Source of the DNA: an uncultured Nitrospiraceae bacterium
Lineage (GTDB): Bacteria; Nitrospirota; Thermodesulfovibrionia; Thermodesulfovibrionales; SM23-35
Length of the DNA stretch: 35,149 bases
Direction: 5' to 3'
Assembly (NCBI GenBank): GCA_964553535.1
Contig: CAZKLK010000003.1
Span: 1 to 35,149 of the forward strand
In this document: positions 26,586 to 34,999 of the stretch, one piece after another
How positions within the stretch are numbered: position 1 is the stretch's first letter
Layout: every line of letters starts with the position of its first letter
Program-made: the position numbers and the translations under genes
Notes under the pieces: model-generated
Told to the model about the DNA's origin: nothing
What the model saw: only the letters and a program-made list of their open reading frames with translations
The model's database searches: none

Positions 26586-27328
26586 AGGGAGTGACCGGGG
26601 GAAAGAATATGCTTAACGAGGAAGACAAAGAAAAGATCATCAACGACTTTCTCCCCTTCATAAAGTATACCGCATACAGATTAGCATGGAGATTACCTCC
26701 CCATCTTACTGTCAAGGATCTCATGAGTGTCGGAATCATCGGCCTTCTTGAAGCCCTCAACCGGTACCGTGAAGGCGAGGTTAAGATCAATACCTTTGTA
26801 GAATACCGGATACGGGGCGCCATGCTCGATGAACTCAGGGCTCATGATCCCCTGTCAAAGACCATGAAAAAGAAAATAAGCTCTGTCAAAAAAACGTACG
26901 AGGACATTGAAAAAAAACTCGGCCGGGCCCCGGAACCTGAAGAAGTGGCAGAAGCTCTCGATATCGACCTCGATGAACATTACAGGATCATGCAGAGTTC
27001 GCATACCGGCGTCACGTTGAGATTTGAGGCATTTGCTAAAAGCAGAGAAGAAGACCATGACTCACGCATCATGGAATGCATCCCTGACGAGAGTGCCAGA
27101 ACCCCACTTGAGATATATGAGCAGAATGACATGATGAAGGCACTGACCCGGCTGATAGATAGACTTCCGGAACGGGAGAGGCTTATCCTTTCCCTGTATT
27201 ACCGGGAAGAGATGACCATGAAAGAGATTGGCAAGGTGCTCAATCTTACTGAAGGGAGAGTATGCCAGCTGCACAGCCAGGCGATTACCCGCCTGAAGGC
27301 AGGATTTGAAGCACATTCCGCAGTCTAA
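26582..27328 (+). CDS. fliA: Flagellar sigma factor sigma28 (FliA)
   Basis: Region 2 (DLMSVGIIGLLEALNRY, FVEYRIRGAMLDELR) and region 4 HTH (MKEIGKVLNLTEGRVCQLHSQAITRLK). ~240 aa, directly after flhG. Confidence 0.92.
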   Translation: MKGVTGGKNMLNEEDKEKIINDFLPFIKYTAYRLAWRLPPHLTVKDLMSVGIIGLLEALNRYREGEVKINTFVEYRIRGAMLDELRAHDPLSKTMKKKISSVKKTYEDIEKKLGRAPEPEEVAEALDIDLDEHYRIMQSSHTGVTLRFEAFAKSREEDHDSRIMECIPDESARTPLEIYEQNDMMKALTRLIDRLPERERLILSLYYREEMTMKEIGKVLNLTEGRVCQLHSQAITRLKAGFEAHSAV

Positions 27329-27352
27329 AGTGCGGATGACATGTTCCGATAA
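27326..27352 (+). promoter_or_regulatory. sigma28 (FliA)-type promoter candidate TAAA-N15-TCCGATAA
   Basis: TAAA (27326-27329, which includes the fliA TAA stop), exactly 15 nt, then TCCGATAA (27345-27352). This matches the TAAA-N15-GCCGATAA consensus at 11 of 12 specified positions. Confidence 0.6.
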
Positions 27353-29249
27353 GATTGATAAAGACATGACTCTCACAGCAAAAAGACTTTTTCGATTGAT
27401 CAAAGACCTTGCGCATGCTGATGCATCGCGGAGAAGATCGGCGGCGGAAGCTTTGTCAGGAGCCGATGAAAGGGCTATCTATCACCTTATCAAGCTGCTG
27501 AAGGATGAAAACCCAGGCGTTCAGGATGCAGCAATGCATTCCATCATCTCCATAGGCGGCGAGGTGACTGCATATATGATTCTGCCGCTCCTGAGGGGGG
27601 AGCCGTATCTGAGAAATACTGCAGTGATCATCCTGAAAGAGATAGGAACAGCGGCTGTCCCTATGCTTCAGGAACTCTTTTCCGATAAAGACAATGATGT
27701 CCGCAAGTTTGCCATTGACCTCATCTCGGAGATAGGATACTGCACCGATCACGCTCATCTCCTTGCGATACTCAGGGGCGACCCTGATGTTAATGTGAGA
27801 GTCGCAGCGGCAAAGGCGATCGGGTCTCTCCGCTACAATGATGGAGCACCACATCTGATCGAGGCCCTAAGGGATGAAGAATGGGTTTGCTTCGCAGCTC
27901 TCGAGTCACTTGCTAAAATCGCAGATGAATCAGCAATTGAAGAGATAACATCACTGTTGATGATGCAATCAGAAGCAGTGAGATATGCCGCAATCAATGT
28001 CCTCGGCACAATAGGTTCATTTCAGGCGTGTGATGCCCTTGCAAGGCATGCAGAACAGGCGGAGGGCATCGAAAAGATGGCAGCCATCAGGAGCCTCATA
28101 CAGATCGGCTTTATACCGAAGATGCCGGGGATTTCCGATTCCCTGATTGAATTGTTTACCGATGGTGATTGGGATGATCGTATCATTGCCCTGCGTGGAT
28201 TGGTTGAAATCAAGGAAGACCGGGCACTCCCACACATCATTGATATTGCCGGATCGCTCGATCAATCAGAGCCGGAGAGTGAAGAAAGATTGCATATTAT
28301 TAGGGATACCCTCAGAAAATTCGGATGCACCGTGGGTTTCACGGATATTCTCCACAATCCGTCACTCAGGTATCGTGGCAGAACACTCGCAATAGACATA
28401 ATCGGTGAGATGGGATGTAAGAACACCGTACCCTCCCTCATGAAATTGATAAATGACAGATTGAGCGGCGTCCGTTGCGCGACTGTCAGGGCGCTCGGGA
28501 AAATGAAAATATACGAGGCGAAGCGGGAGATTATAAATGCCATCCAGGACGGTGACGGGCATGTCAGGAGGGAGGCGGTTACAGCATTGGCTCAGATCGG
28601 TGACGCGGAATCCGTTGAACCCCTCTTGAAACTCCTTGAATCGGAGAAATATAACGATGTCCTTGAAGAGGCGGTGAAAACACTCCTTACGATTGATCCG
28701 GCATCCCTGTTCTCAAATCTCGACAGATACAGTGATACCGTAAAGGAAATAATCGCCATGTACTCACAGAACCGAGATGTTCTCCTCAGACTCTCAGAGG
28801 ATATGAACCTCGGTGTAAGAATAGCAGCGCTTTCGAGAATCGGTACAATCCACGACGAAAGTGCATATATAAAGCTTAAAGAGGCCCTGCACGATTCGCA
28901 ACCGGAGGTCAGAAGTGTTGCTATACGGGGGATGGCTGATCTGCACCGCTATGAGGAGTTAACGCCGGTTCTGAAAGACACCAACGACTGGGTAAGGCTT
29001 CAGGCAGTAAAGGCATTCGGACGATCCTCAAACGAGGATATGCTTGGTGTGCTTGCATCCTCCCTCGATGACGGCGCACTCCCGGTTGTCCTTTCAGCGA
29101 TTGAGGCGATCGCTAACATCGGCAGTGAGAAAGCACTCGATCTCATTACTCCCCTTCTCCAGCATCATGACCAGGAAATACGGGAAAAGGCGTCCGAGGC
29201 AATCCGTTTCATTCAGAATGCAGAAACAATCGGGAATCAGACGTGGTAA
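27336..29249 (+). CDS. HEAT-repeat (PBS-lyase HEAT-like) protein, ~630 aa
   Basis: Roughly 15-20 tandem ~31-aa units of the form D..VR..A..ALG.IG...A...L..LL.D, e.g. DGHVRREAVTALAQIGDAESVEPLLKLLESE and DPDVNVRVAAAKAIGSLRYNDGAPHLIEALRDE. No other domain was seen. The start could be GTG 27330, ATG 27336 or ATG 27366. Confidence 0.85.
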   Translation: MTCSDKIDKDMTLTAKRLFRLIKDLAHADASRRRSAAEALSGADERAIYHLIKLLKDENPGVQDAAMHSIISIGGEVTAYMILPLLRGEPYLRNTAVIILKEIGTAAVPMLQELFSDKDNDVRKFAIDLISEIGYCTDHAHLLAILRGDPDVNVRVAAAKAIGSLRYNDGAPHLIEALRDEEWVCFAALESLAKIADESAIEEITSLLMMQSEAVRYAAINVLGTIGSFQACDALARHAEQAEGIEKMAAIRSLIQIGFIPKMPGISDSLIELFTDGDWDDRIIALRGLVEIKEDRALPHIIDIAGSLDQSEPESEERLHIIRDTLRKFGCTVGFTDILHNPSLRYRGRTLAIDIIGEMGCKNTVPSLMKLINDRLSGVRCATVRALGKMKIYEAKREIINAIQDGDGHVRREAVTALAQIGDAESVEPLLKLLESEKYNDVLEEAVKTLLTIDPASLFSNLDRYSDTVKEIIAMYSQNRDVLLRLSEDMNLGVRIAALSRIGTIHDESAYIKLKEALHDSQPEVRSVAIRGMADLHRYEELTPVLKDTNDWVRLQAVKAFGRSSNEDMLGVLASSLDDGALPVVLSAIEAIANIGSEKALDLITPLLQHHDQEIREKASEAIRFIQNAETIGNQTW

Positions 29250-29280
29250 CGGCGGTTCACATAACTTAACAGGATTGAAC

Positions 29281-30090
29281 ATGATACTTCGTGATTCGAC
29301 ATTCAAGCAGCTCAGGGATTTAATCTATCAGAAGTGCGGGATTTTTGTCACCGATTCAAAGAAGTATTTTATAGAAACCAGACTGACTAAAAGACTTCAG
29401 GAAAACGGTCTTTCGAATTTTGAAGATTACCTGTATCTGATCCAATACAGCCTGAACGGAAAAGAAATTGACCGGCTGTTCGATGCCATAACGACAAACG
29501 AGACATTTTTTTTCCGGGAATCCCAGCAGACCGACCTTTTCATTGATGTTATCGCGCCGAAAGTTATAGAGCAGAATGGAAAGAAGGATATAAGGGTATG
29601 GTCGGCAGCTTGTTCAACCGGAGAAGAGCCATATACCCTCGCAATGCTTCTTAAGGAAAAACAGGTTGCTGTCCGTTCCGAGGTGAGCGCTTCTGATATC
29701 AGTAAAGGCGTTATCGAATCTGCCAGACGGGGAGTCTATAATCTATATTCCGTAAGAAATGTGCCTGGAGCATATCTCAATAAATATTTCACCGCACATG
29801 GGCAGACCTTCGAACTTTCTCCATCTATTAAAAATCAGGTCAACTTCCAGCAGATCAATCTCCTGGATGAGAAAAAGATGATGTTAATGACAGGAAAGGA
29901 CGTCATTTTCTGCCGCAATGTGCTTATCTATTTTGATGATAAGGCAAAGCAGAAAGTTGTATCACTTCTGTATAACTGTCTGAAGCCGAAGGGATTTCTC
30001 TTTATAGGAGCATCGGAGAGTCTCCACAGCATCACGAGGGCATTCAGGCCTGTCATTATAAACAAAGTCATTGTGTACCAGAAGGTGTAA
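29281..30090 (+). CDS. cheR: Chemotaxis protein methyltransferase CheR
   Basis: FKQLRDLIYQKCGI, TTNETFFFRE, and the SAM site IRVWSAACSTGEEPYTLAMLL. The ATG at 29281 is preferred. The track ORF from 29044 overlaps the HEAT gene. Confidence 0.93.
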   Translation: MILRDSTFKQLRDLIYQKCGIFVTDSKKYFIETRLTKRLQENGLSNFEDYLYLIQYSLNGKEIDRLFDAITTNETFFFRESQQTDLFIDVIAPKVIEQNGKKDIRVWSAACSTGEEPYTLAMLLKEKQVAVRSEVSASDISKGVIESARRGVYNLYSVRNVPGAYLNKYFTAHGQTFELSPSIKNQVNFQQINLLDEKKMMLMTGKDVIFCRNVLIYFDDKAKQKVVSLLYNCLKPKGFLFIGASESLHSITRAFRPVIINKVIVYQKV

Positions 30091-30092
30091 TC

Positions 30093-30485
30093 ATGAAGAT
30101 TATGATTGTAGACGACTGTCAGACGACGAGAAAGATTCTCAGCCTTTACCTCAAGTCCAAAGGATTTGAGGTGATAACTGCGGATAACGGTCTTGATGCA
30201 ATAGAGAAACTTGCCACCAATACTGTTCAAATGATCCTGACGGACCTCAACATGCCTTACATGGACGGCGTCGAGCTGGTAAGAACCATACGGGCTGATC
30301 CCAACTGGGCCTCACTGCCGATGCTCATGGTAACGACGGAGGCTGATCCTGAAGAGCGCACAAGGGCTTTCCAGGCTGGTGCAAATGGCTATATTGTAAA
30401 ACCCGTAACTGCTGAAAATGTGACACATAATATCAAGACCATCCTGCGGGAGTTCTTTGCAAGGGAGGGAAGGGACAATGCCTGA
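30093..30485 (+). CDS. CheY-like single-domain response regulator (first of two)
   Basis: [19 protein letters not shown] and YIVKP supply the full set of REC catalytic residues. No output domain. Confidence 0.9.
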   Translation: MKIMIVDDCQTTRKILSLYLKSKGFEVITADNGLDAIEKLATNTVQMILTDLNMPYMDGVELVRTIRADPNWASLPMLMVTTEADPEERTRAFQAGANGYIVKPVTAENVTHNIKTILREFFAREGRDNA

Positions 30486-30867
30486 TTATAAGATGAAGAT
30501 TCTCGTAGTGGATGATTTTTCGACAATGAGGCGTATCACCAAGAATATACTCAAGCAGATCGGCTTTGAAAATATCGAGGAGGCAGAGGATGGCGCTCAA
30601 GCATATGCGAAACTGAAAATGGGCGGCTTCGGTTTTGTCATATCTGACTGGAACATGCCCAACATGGACGGATTAGATCTTCTCAAGGCTGTCAGGGCTG
30701 ATCCGGCCCTAAAGAATATTCCCTTCCTCATGGTTACCGCTGAGGCGGAAAAGGATAAGGTGATTGAGGCCATCAGATCGGGTGTGAACAATTATGTTGT
30801 TAAACCTTTTACTGCTGAGGTACTGAAGGAGAAGATGGACAGGATATTCGAGAAACTCGGCAAGTAG
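30478..30867 (+). CDS. cheY: Chemotaxis response regulator CheY
   Basis: [38 protein letters not shown] and [12 protein letters not shown] closely match canonical CheY. The ATG at 30478 follows GGGAGGGAAGGGA and overlaps the upstream stop by 8 nt. Confidence 0.93.
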   Translation: MPDYKMKILVVDDFSTMRRITKNILKQIGFENIEEAEDGAQAYAKLKMGGFGFVISDWNMPNMDGLDLLKAVRADPALKNIPFLMVTAEAEKDKVIEAIRSGVNNYVVKPFTAEVLKEKMDRIFEKLGK

Positions 30868-30908
30868 GGCCATGGAGCACGGGACAACGATTATCGGAGG
30901 AGTTCATT

Positions 30909-32645
30909 ATGCCTGATGAGATGGAAGAGATAATCGGGGAGTTCATCACAGAGGCTGAGGAGTCTCTGGACAGGATAGACCCGCTCTTTATCGGGCTCGA
31001 GGCAAAAGGATATGACAAGGATATCCTGAACGAGATATTCAGGAGCATGCATACAATCAAAGGGGCTGCAGGGTTTCTTGGTTTCCAGTCTATCGTTGAT
31101 GTTGCGCACAGCTCTGAGAATATCCTCAAGAAACTCAGGGACGGGAACATCCCCCTTACAAAAAACCTCATTGACGCAGTTCTCAAAAGTGTGGACATGA
31201 TCAGGCTGCTTATTAAACGCATAAAGGACAAAGACCCCGAAAAGGAAGATATCACTTCCGTACTCAAAGAGCTTGATCATGCACTCACCGCATCATCGGA
31301 ACCGGCAGAGGCATACTCTGCATGTCCACCTGATACAATCATGCAGGAAACCGAAGATTTCGGTGATAGAACGGCTCTTCATGATTCCCAGGAACCTTGC
31401 AGTGAGAGGGGCGCACCGGAGCGTAAAGAACTGCTTCATACACTGCGGGTTGATATAAATAAAATCGACAAAGTGATGGATCTGGCAGGCGAAGTCGTGC
31501 TTGTGAGGAACAGGCTTGTAAACATCGTAAACGATCTCGGAAAGAGAGAGACGGAATTCCCGTTTGCGGAGAGCCTTAACGAAACAGTCGCTTTCCTCGA
31601 TCTCGTCACCACGGATATGCACCTTTCAATTGTGAAAATGCGCATGCAGCCCATTCAAAAGGTCTTCAGCAAATTCCCACGACTCGTGAGGGACATATCA
31701 GGCAATCTCGGGAAAGAGGTCAACCTCAGCATCTCCGGTGAGGACACCGAGGTTGACAAGTCGGTGATCGAACAGATTGGCGATCCGATGGTGCATATAA
31801 TACGGAATTCCATAGATCACGGCCTTGAATCCCCTGAGGAGAGGGAGGCAAAGAAGAAGCCGCGTAAAGGGAACATCGCGATCAGCGCCTATCAAAAAGG
31901 TAACCAGATTATTATCGAGGTATCTGATGACGGAAGAGGTATTGACATTGAGCGTGTCAAGAAAAAGGCAAGAGAAAAGTTGCTGATAACAGAAGAGGAA
32001 GCACAGCGCTTGACAGACGAAAGTGCCATAAATCTCATATTCGCCCCGGGGTTTTCGACTGCTGATTTTGCGACTGAACTGAGCGGCCGCGGTGTCGGTA
32101 TGGACGTGGTAAAGACCAATGTTTCCAAGCTCAACGGGTATGTCGAGGTAACAACCAGAAAAGATATCGGAACGACATTCAAAATAACCATTCCACTTAC
32201 ACTGGCTATCATCCAGGCCCTTATGGTCAAAACAAGCGGTTCCCACTACGCAATCCCCCTCTCTCCTGTAGAAGAAATACTCAAGGTATCGAATAGGGAT
32301 ATCACGGATGTGATGGGGCAGAAGGTTCTCGATATCAGGGGGAAAGTCTGTCCGTTTGTGGAACTGTCGGATATACTGGCGAACGGGGGGCCAAATCATA
32401 CAGATTTCCGCTACGCGGTTGTCGTATCGGTAGGAGAGAAAAAATTCTGTCTGGCAGTCGATGAACTCCTCGGGTTGGAGGAGGTATTTATAAAGGCAAT
32501 CAAGGGAATCGATGCAGTTTCACCCTATACACTCGGCGCAACGATAGCGGGAGATGGCAAGGTCGTTCTGATACTCGATCTTGCGGGGATATCGAGAAAC
32601 ATATTCGGGAGGATGAAAATAGAACACTCAGGGAGAACAATATGA
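30909..32645 (+). CDS. cheA: Chemotaxis histidine kinase CheA (P1-P3-P4-P5, no P2)
   Basis: HPt FRSMHTIKGAAGFLGF. A ~45-aa linker leads straight into the dimerisation region LRVDINKIDKVMDLAGE. N-box HIIRNSIDHG, G1 DDGRGID, G2 GRGVGMD, and a CheW-like P5 domain. Confidence 0.95.
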   Translation: MPDEMEEIIGEFITEAEESLDRIDPLFIGLEAKGYDKDILNEIFRSMHTIKGAAGFLGFQSIVDVAHSSENILKKLRDGNIPLTKNLIDAVLKSVDMIRLLIKRIKDKDPEKEDITSVLKELDHALTASSEPAEAYSACPPDTIMQETEDFGDRTALHDSQEPCSERGAPERKELLHTLRVDINKIDKVMDLAGEVVLVRNRLVNIVNDLGKRETEFPFAESLNETVAFLDLVTTDMHLSIVKMRMQPIQKVFSKFPRLVRDISGNLGKEVNLSISGEDTEVDKSVIEQIGDPMVHIIRNSIDHGLESPEEREAKKKPRKGNIAISAYQKGNQIIIEVSDDGRGIDIERVKKKAREKLLITEEEAQRLTDESAINLIFAPGFSTADFATELSGRGVGMDVVKTNVSKLNGYVEVTTRKDIGTTFKITIPLTLAIIQALMVKTSGSHYAIPLSPVEEILKVSNRDITDVMGQKVLDIRGKVCPFVELSDILANGGPNHTDFRYAVVVSVGEKKFCLAVDELLGLEEVFIKAIKGIDAVSPYTLGATIAGDGKVVLILDLAGISRNIFGRMKIEHSGRTI

Positions 32646-33826
32646 TGCAGCATATAGGATTCAAGCTCAAAGGCAATGAATACTCAATTCCTGTAATGAA
32701 AGTCCGGGAAATCATTCATGTCCCGCCAATCACGAAAATACCGCAAGCCCCTTCGTATATTGAGGGGATCACCAACCTCAGGGGGAATATTATCCCGGTT
32801 GTCAATCTCAAGAAGCTCGTGGGTATTGACCATGATGGAGACAAAGGGGATAAAGTGATTGTTATCTCATCAGGGAATGTCATCTATGGTGTACTTGTTG
32901 ATGGGGTGACAGGGGTTATCGATATCGAGGAATCTTCCATAGAACCAACCGAAGGGTTTTTAAATGGACACCGTGAGCAGGTCAGCGGCGTTGCCAGGGT
33001 TTCTGACAGGCTCGTCATTCTCCTGAATACGAGAACTCTGATACCGCATGAGGACACGAATCTCTTCGGGGGTTTCATAGATGTTCTGCCGGGCAACGAG
33101 GAGGGTGAAATGGTGAAAACCGCCCGGTCAATGTCAGGAGAAGCGAAGGGAGGGGAATTGCACGCCATAAAGGATTTTTTCGAAAAACAGGGCATATCCA
33201 TCAATGACCCGCGCTACATTGTATTTGATGACATGATCGCCTTCATGAATGCACTGGCGGTCCATGATTATGAAAGAGCTCATGTCTCAATTCAGAATAT
33301 CATAAAGAAGGGGCAGCATGACCTCTTTCAGGAAATAGGGAAGATTACAAGAAAGCTTCATGATGCCCTTAGCGGGTTCAAGGAGGTTATTGATCCGAAG
33401 TTCAAAGAGATAGCCACTGTAACAATGCCCCATGCTATTGATAGTCTCCAATTCGTTATTGACAGGACGGAGGAGGCAACACACAAGACCCTGGAGATAG
33501 TTGAAAAGTATATTCTGATGATGGATGACCTCGCTTCCCATATAAGAAATATAAAAGAGCCGGAAGGTTCGGTGAAATATCTGCGGGATTTTAAGAATAA
33601 TCTTGAAGACGATCTGACAGAGGTACTTACAACGCAATCCTTTCAGGATCTTACCGGTCAGACAATAAAAAAGGTCATTAACCTTGTGGGAGACCTCGAG
33701 GAAGAGTTAATGCGTCTGATTACTACTTTCGGAGTGAAGGGGGAGCAGGCTAAAACAGAAACAAAAGAACCTGAAAAGGTATCCCAGGCTGGTGTTGATG
33801 ACCTTTTAAAGGACTTCGGATTTTAA
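32642..33826 (+). CDS. CheW-domain / CheZ-like phosphatase fusion protein
   Basis: Residues 1-~137 form a CheW domain (FKLKGNEYSIPVMKVREII...IEGITNLRGNIIPVVNLKKL...LVILLNTRTL). The C-terminal ~200 aa align by eye with E. coli CheZ: IGKITRKLHDAL, the catalytic QSFQDLTGQTIKK (D and Q retained, nt 33647-33661), and a terminal VDDLLKDFGF that resembles the CheY-binding peptide VDDLLDSLGF. Confidence 0.85.
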   Translation: MMQHIGFKLKGNEYSIPVMKVREIIHVPPITKIPQAPSYIEGITNLRGNIIPVVNLKKLVGIDHDGDKGDKVIVISSGNVIYGVLVDGVTGVIDIEESSIEPTEGFLNGHREQVSGVARVSDRLVILLNTRTLIPHEDTNLFGGFIDVLPGNEEGEMVKTARSMSGEAKGGELHAIKDFFEKQGISINDPRYIVFDDMIAFMNALAVHDYERAHVSIQNIIKKGQHDLFQEIGKITRKLHDALSGFKEVIDPKFKEIATVTMPHAIDSLQFVIDRTEEATHKTLEIVEKYILMMDDLASHIRNIKEPEGSVKYLRDFKNNLEDDLTEVLTTQSFQDLTGQTIKKVINLVGDLEEELMRLITTFGVKGEQAKTETKEPEKVSQAGVDDLLKDFGF

Positions 33827-33829
33827 CCG

Positions 33830-34882
33830 ATGATAAAAGTCCTCATTGTTGACGATTCCGCCTTCATGAGAAACGCCATCTCCAGCATGCTTTCTTCAGA
33901 ACAGGAGATAATGATCGTCGGTACAGCGAAGGATGGAATTGAAGCGCTGGAGAAGGTGGCAAGCCTAAAACCGGATATTGTCACTATGGATATCGAGATG
34001 CCGAGGATGGATGGCATCTCGGCATTAAAGCAGATAATGCAAAAGGATCCTGTTCCGGTGATTATGATAAGTTCATTGACATCGGAAGGCGCAAAGGCGA
34101 CACTGGATGCACTCGAACTTGGCGCTGTCGACTTTATCCCCAAAAACCTGTCTGACCTCTCCATCAATATTGTCAAGATAAAGGAAATTCTTATCAGCAA
34201 GGTAAAGCAGATAGCAAAAAGAAATATAATAAACAAGGGGATAAGGATATCTCCCGTCCAGAGGAGTCAGGAGGCGCCTCAGCGTATTGCGCCGGTCATA
34301 ACTTCTGAGCGGAGGATAGGCATCGTCTCCATAGGAACCTCTACCGGGGGGCCAAAGGCTCTCCATGAAATACTGCCGAAAATGCCGAAAGATTTTCCTG
34401 TACCGATCATCATAGCCCAGCATATGCCCCCGGCATTCACCGGACCATTTGCCGAACGCCTGAACCAGATTTGCAATATTGTTGTCAAGGAAGCTGAGGA
34501 GGGGGAGCCCGTAAGACCTGGTATTGCCCTGATAGCACCGGGCAGAGGAAACATGAGAGTGAGAAGGCAGCGCGCGATAGAAACCGTCGTAACGATTTCT
34601 GAAAACAGGGAGGATTTTATTTATCGGCCTTCTGTTGATGCCCTAATGCTTTCTGTTGCTGAATGTTTCCCCGGAAGAGCCCTCGGCGTCATACTCACCG
34701 GAATGGGTAACGACGGACTGAAAGGGCTTACCGCCCTGAAAAAGACAGGCGGAAGGATTTTCGCGCAAAACGAGGAGACATGCATTGTGTATGGAATGCC
34801 GAAGGCTGTCGTAGATGCAGGAATTGCAGATAAAGTCCTGCCGGTTGGAGAGATGGCGGGAGAGATCATAAACTCGGTCTGA
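33830..34882 (+). CDS. cheB: Chemotaxis protein-glutamate methylesterase CheB
   Basis: REC (KVLIVDDSAFMR, VTMDIEMPRMDG) plus an esterase domain with GTSTGGP (Ser), AQHMP (His) and GMGNDG (Asp). Confidence 0.95.
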   Translation: MIKVLIVDDSAFMRNAISSMLSSEQEIMIVGTAKDGIEALEKVASLKPDIVTMDIEMPRMDGISALKQIMQKDPVPVIMISSLTSEGAKATLDALELGAVDFIPKNLSDLSINIVKIKEILISKVKQIAKRNIINKGIRISPVQRSQEAPQRIAPVITSERRIGIVSIGTSTGGPKALHEILPKMPKDFPVPIIIAQHMPPAFTGPFAERLNQICNIVVKEAEEGEPVRPGIALIAPGRGNMRVRRQRAIETVVTISENREDFIYRPSVDALMLSVAECFPGRALGVILTGMGNDGLKGLTALKKTGGRIFAQNEETCIVYGMPKAVVDAGIADKVLPVGEMAGEIINSV

Positions 34883-34906
34883 TCCATCCAAAAATCCGCA
34901 GTAAGC

Positions 34907-34934
34907 CCACTTTTTGGGCATACACCCAAAAAGT
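34907..34934. other. 11-bp perfect hairpin CACTTTTTGGG-CATACA-CCCAAAAAGTG
   Basis: Read directly, 25 nt after the cheB stop. No flanking T-run on either strand. Confidence 0.6.
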
Positions 34935-34957
34935 GCAGATATTGTTCATAAAGTCAT

Positions 34958-34990
34958 TGCGACACCACAGGGCGTTAACCCTGTGGGTCG
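34958..34990. other. 13-bp GC-rich hairpin with one bulged A (GCGACaCCACAGGG-CGTTAA-CCCTGTGGGTCGC)
   Basis: Read directly. It shares the CACAGGG/CCTGTG core with the next hairpin. Confidence 0.6.
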
Positions 34991-34999
34991 CTACTATGG

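Noticed and set aside
29044-29280. The track ORF extends cheR 237 nt upstream, overlapping the 3' end of the HEAT-repeat gene.
   Set aside because: The extension (MVCLHPPSMTAHSRLSFQRL...) has no CheR similarity and overlaps a well-supported CDS. The CheR N-terminal helix motif begins right after the ATG at 29281.
11493-32399. Many long antisense ORFs on the - strand, e.g. 11493..12140 (215 aa), 18048..18650 (200 aa), 19094..19684 (196 aa), 19714..20301 (195 aa), 21731..22477 (248 aa), 31698..32399 (233 aa) and 13836..14351 (171 aa).
   Set aside because: Each lies wholly opposite a + strand gene that has unmistakable conserved motifs (FliI, FliM, FliN/O, FliP, FlhB, CheA, FliK). Their translations are low-complexity or Cys/Arg/Ser-rich with no recognisable motif. 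They are best explained as frame shadows of codon-biased genes.
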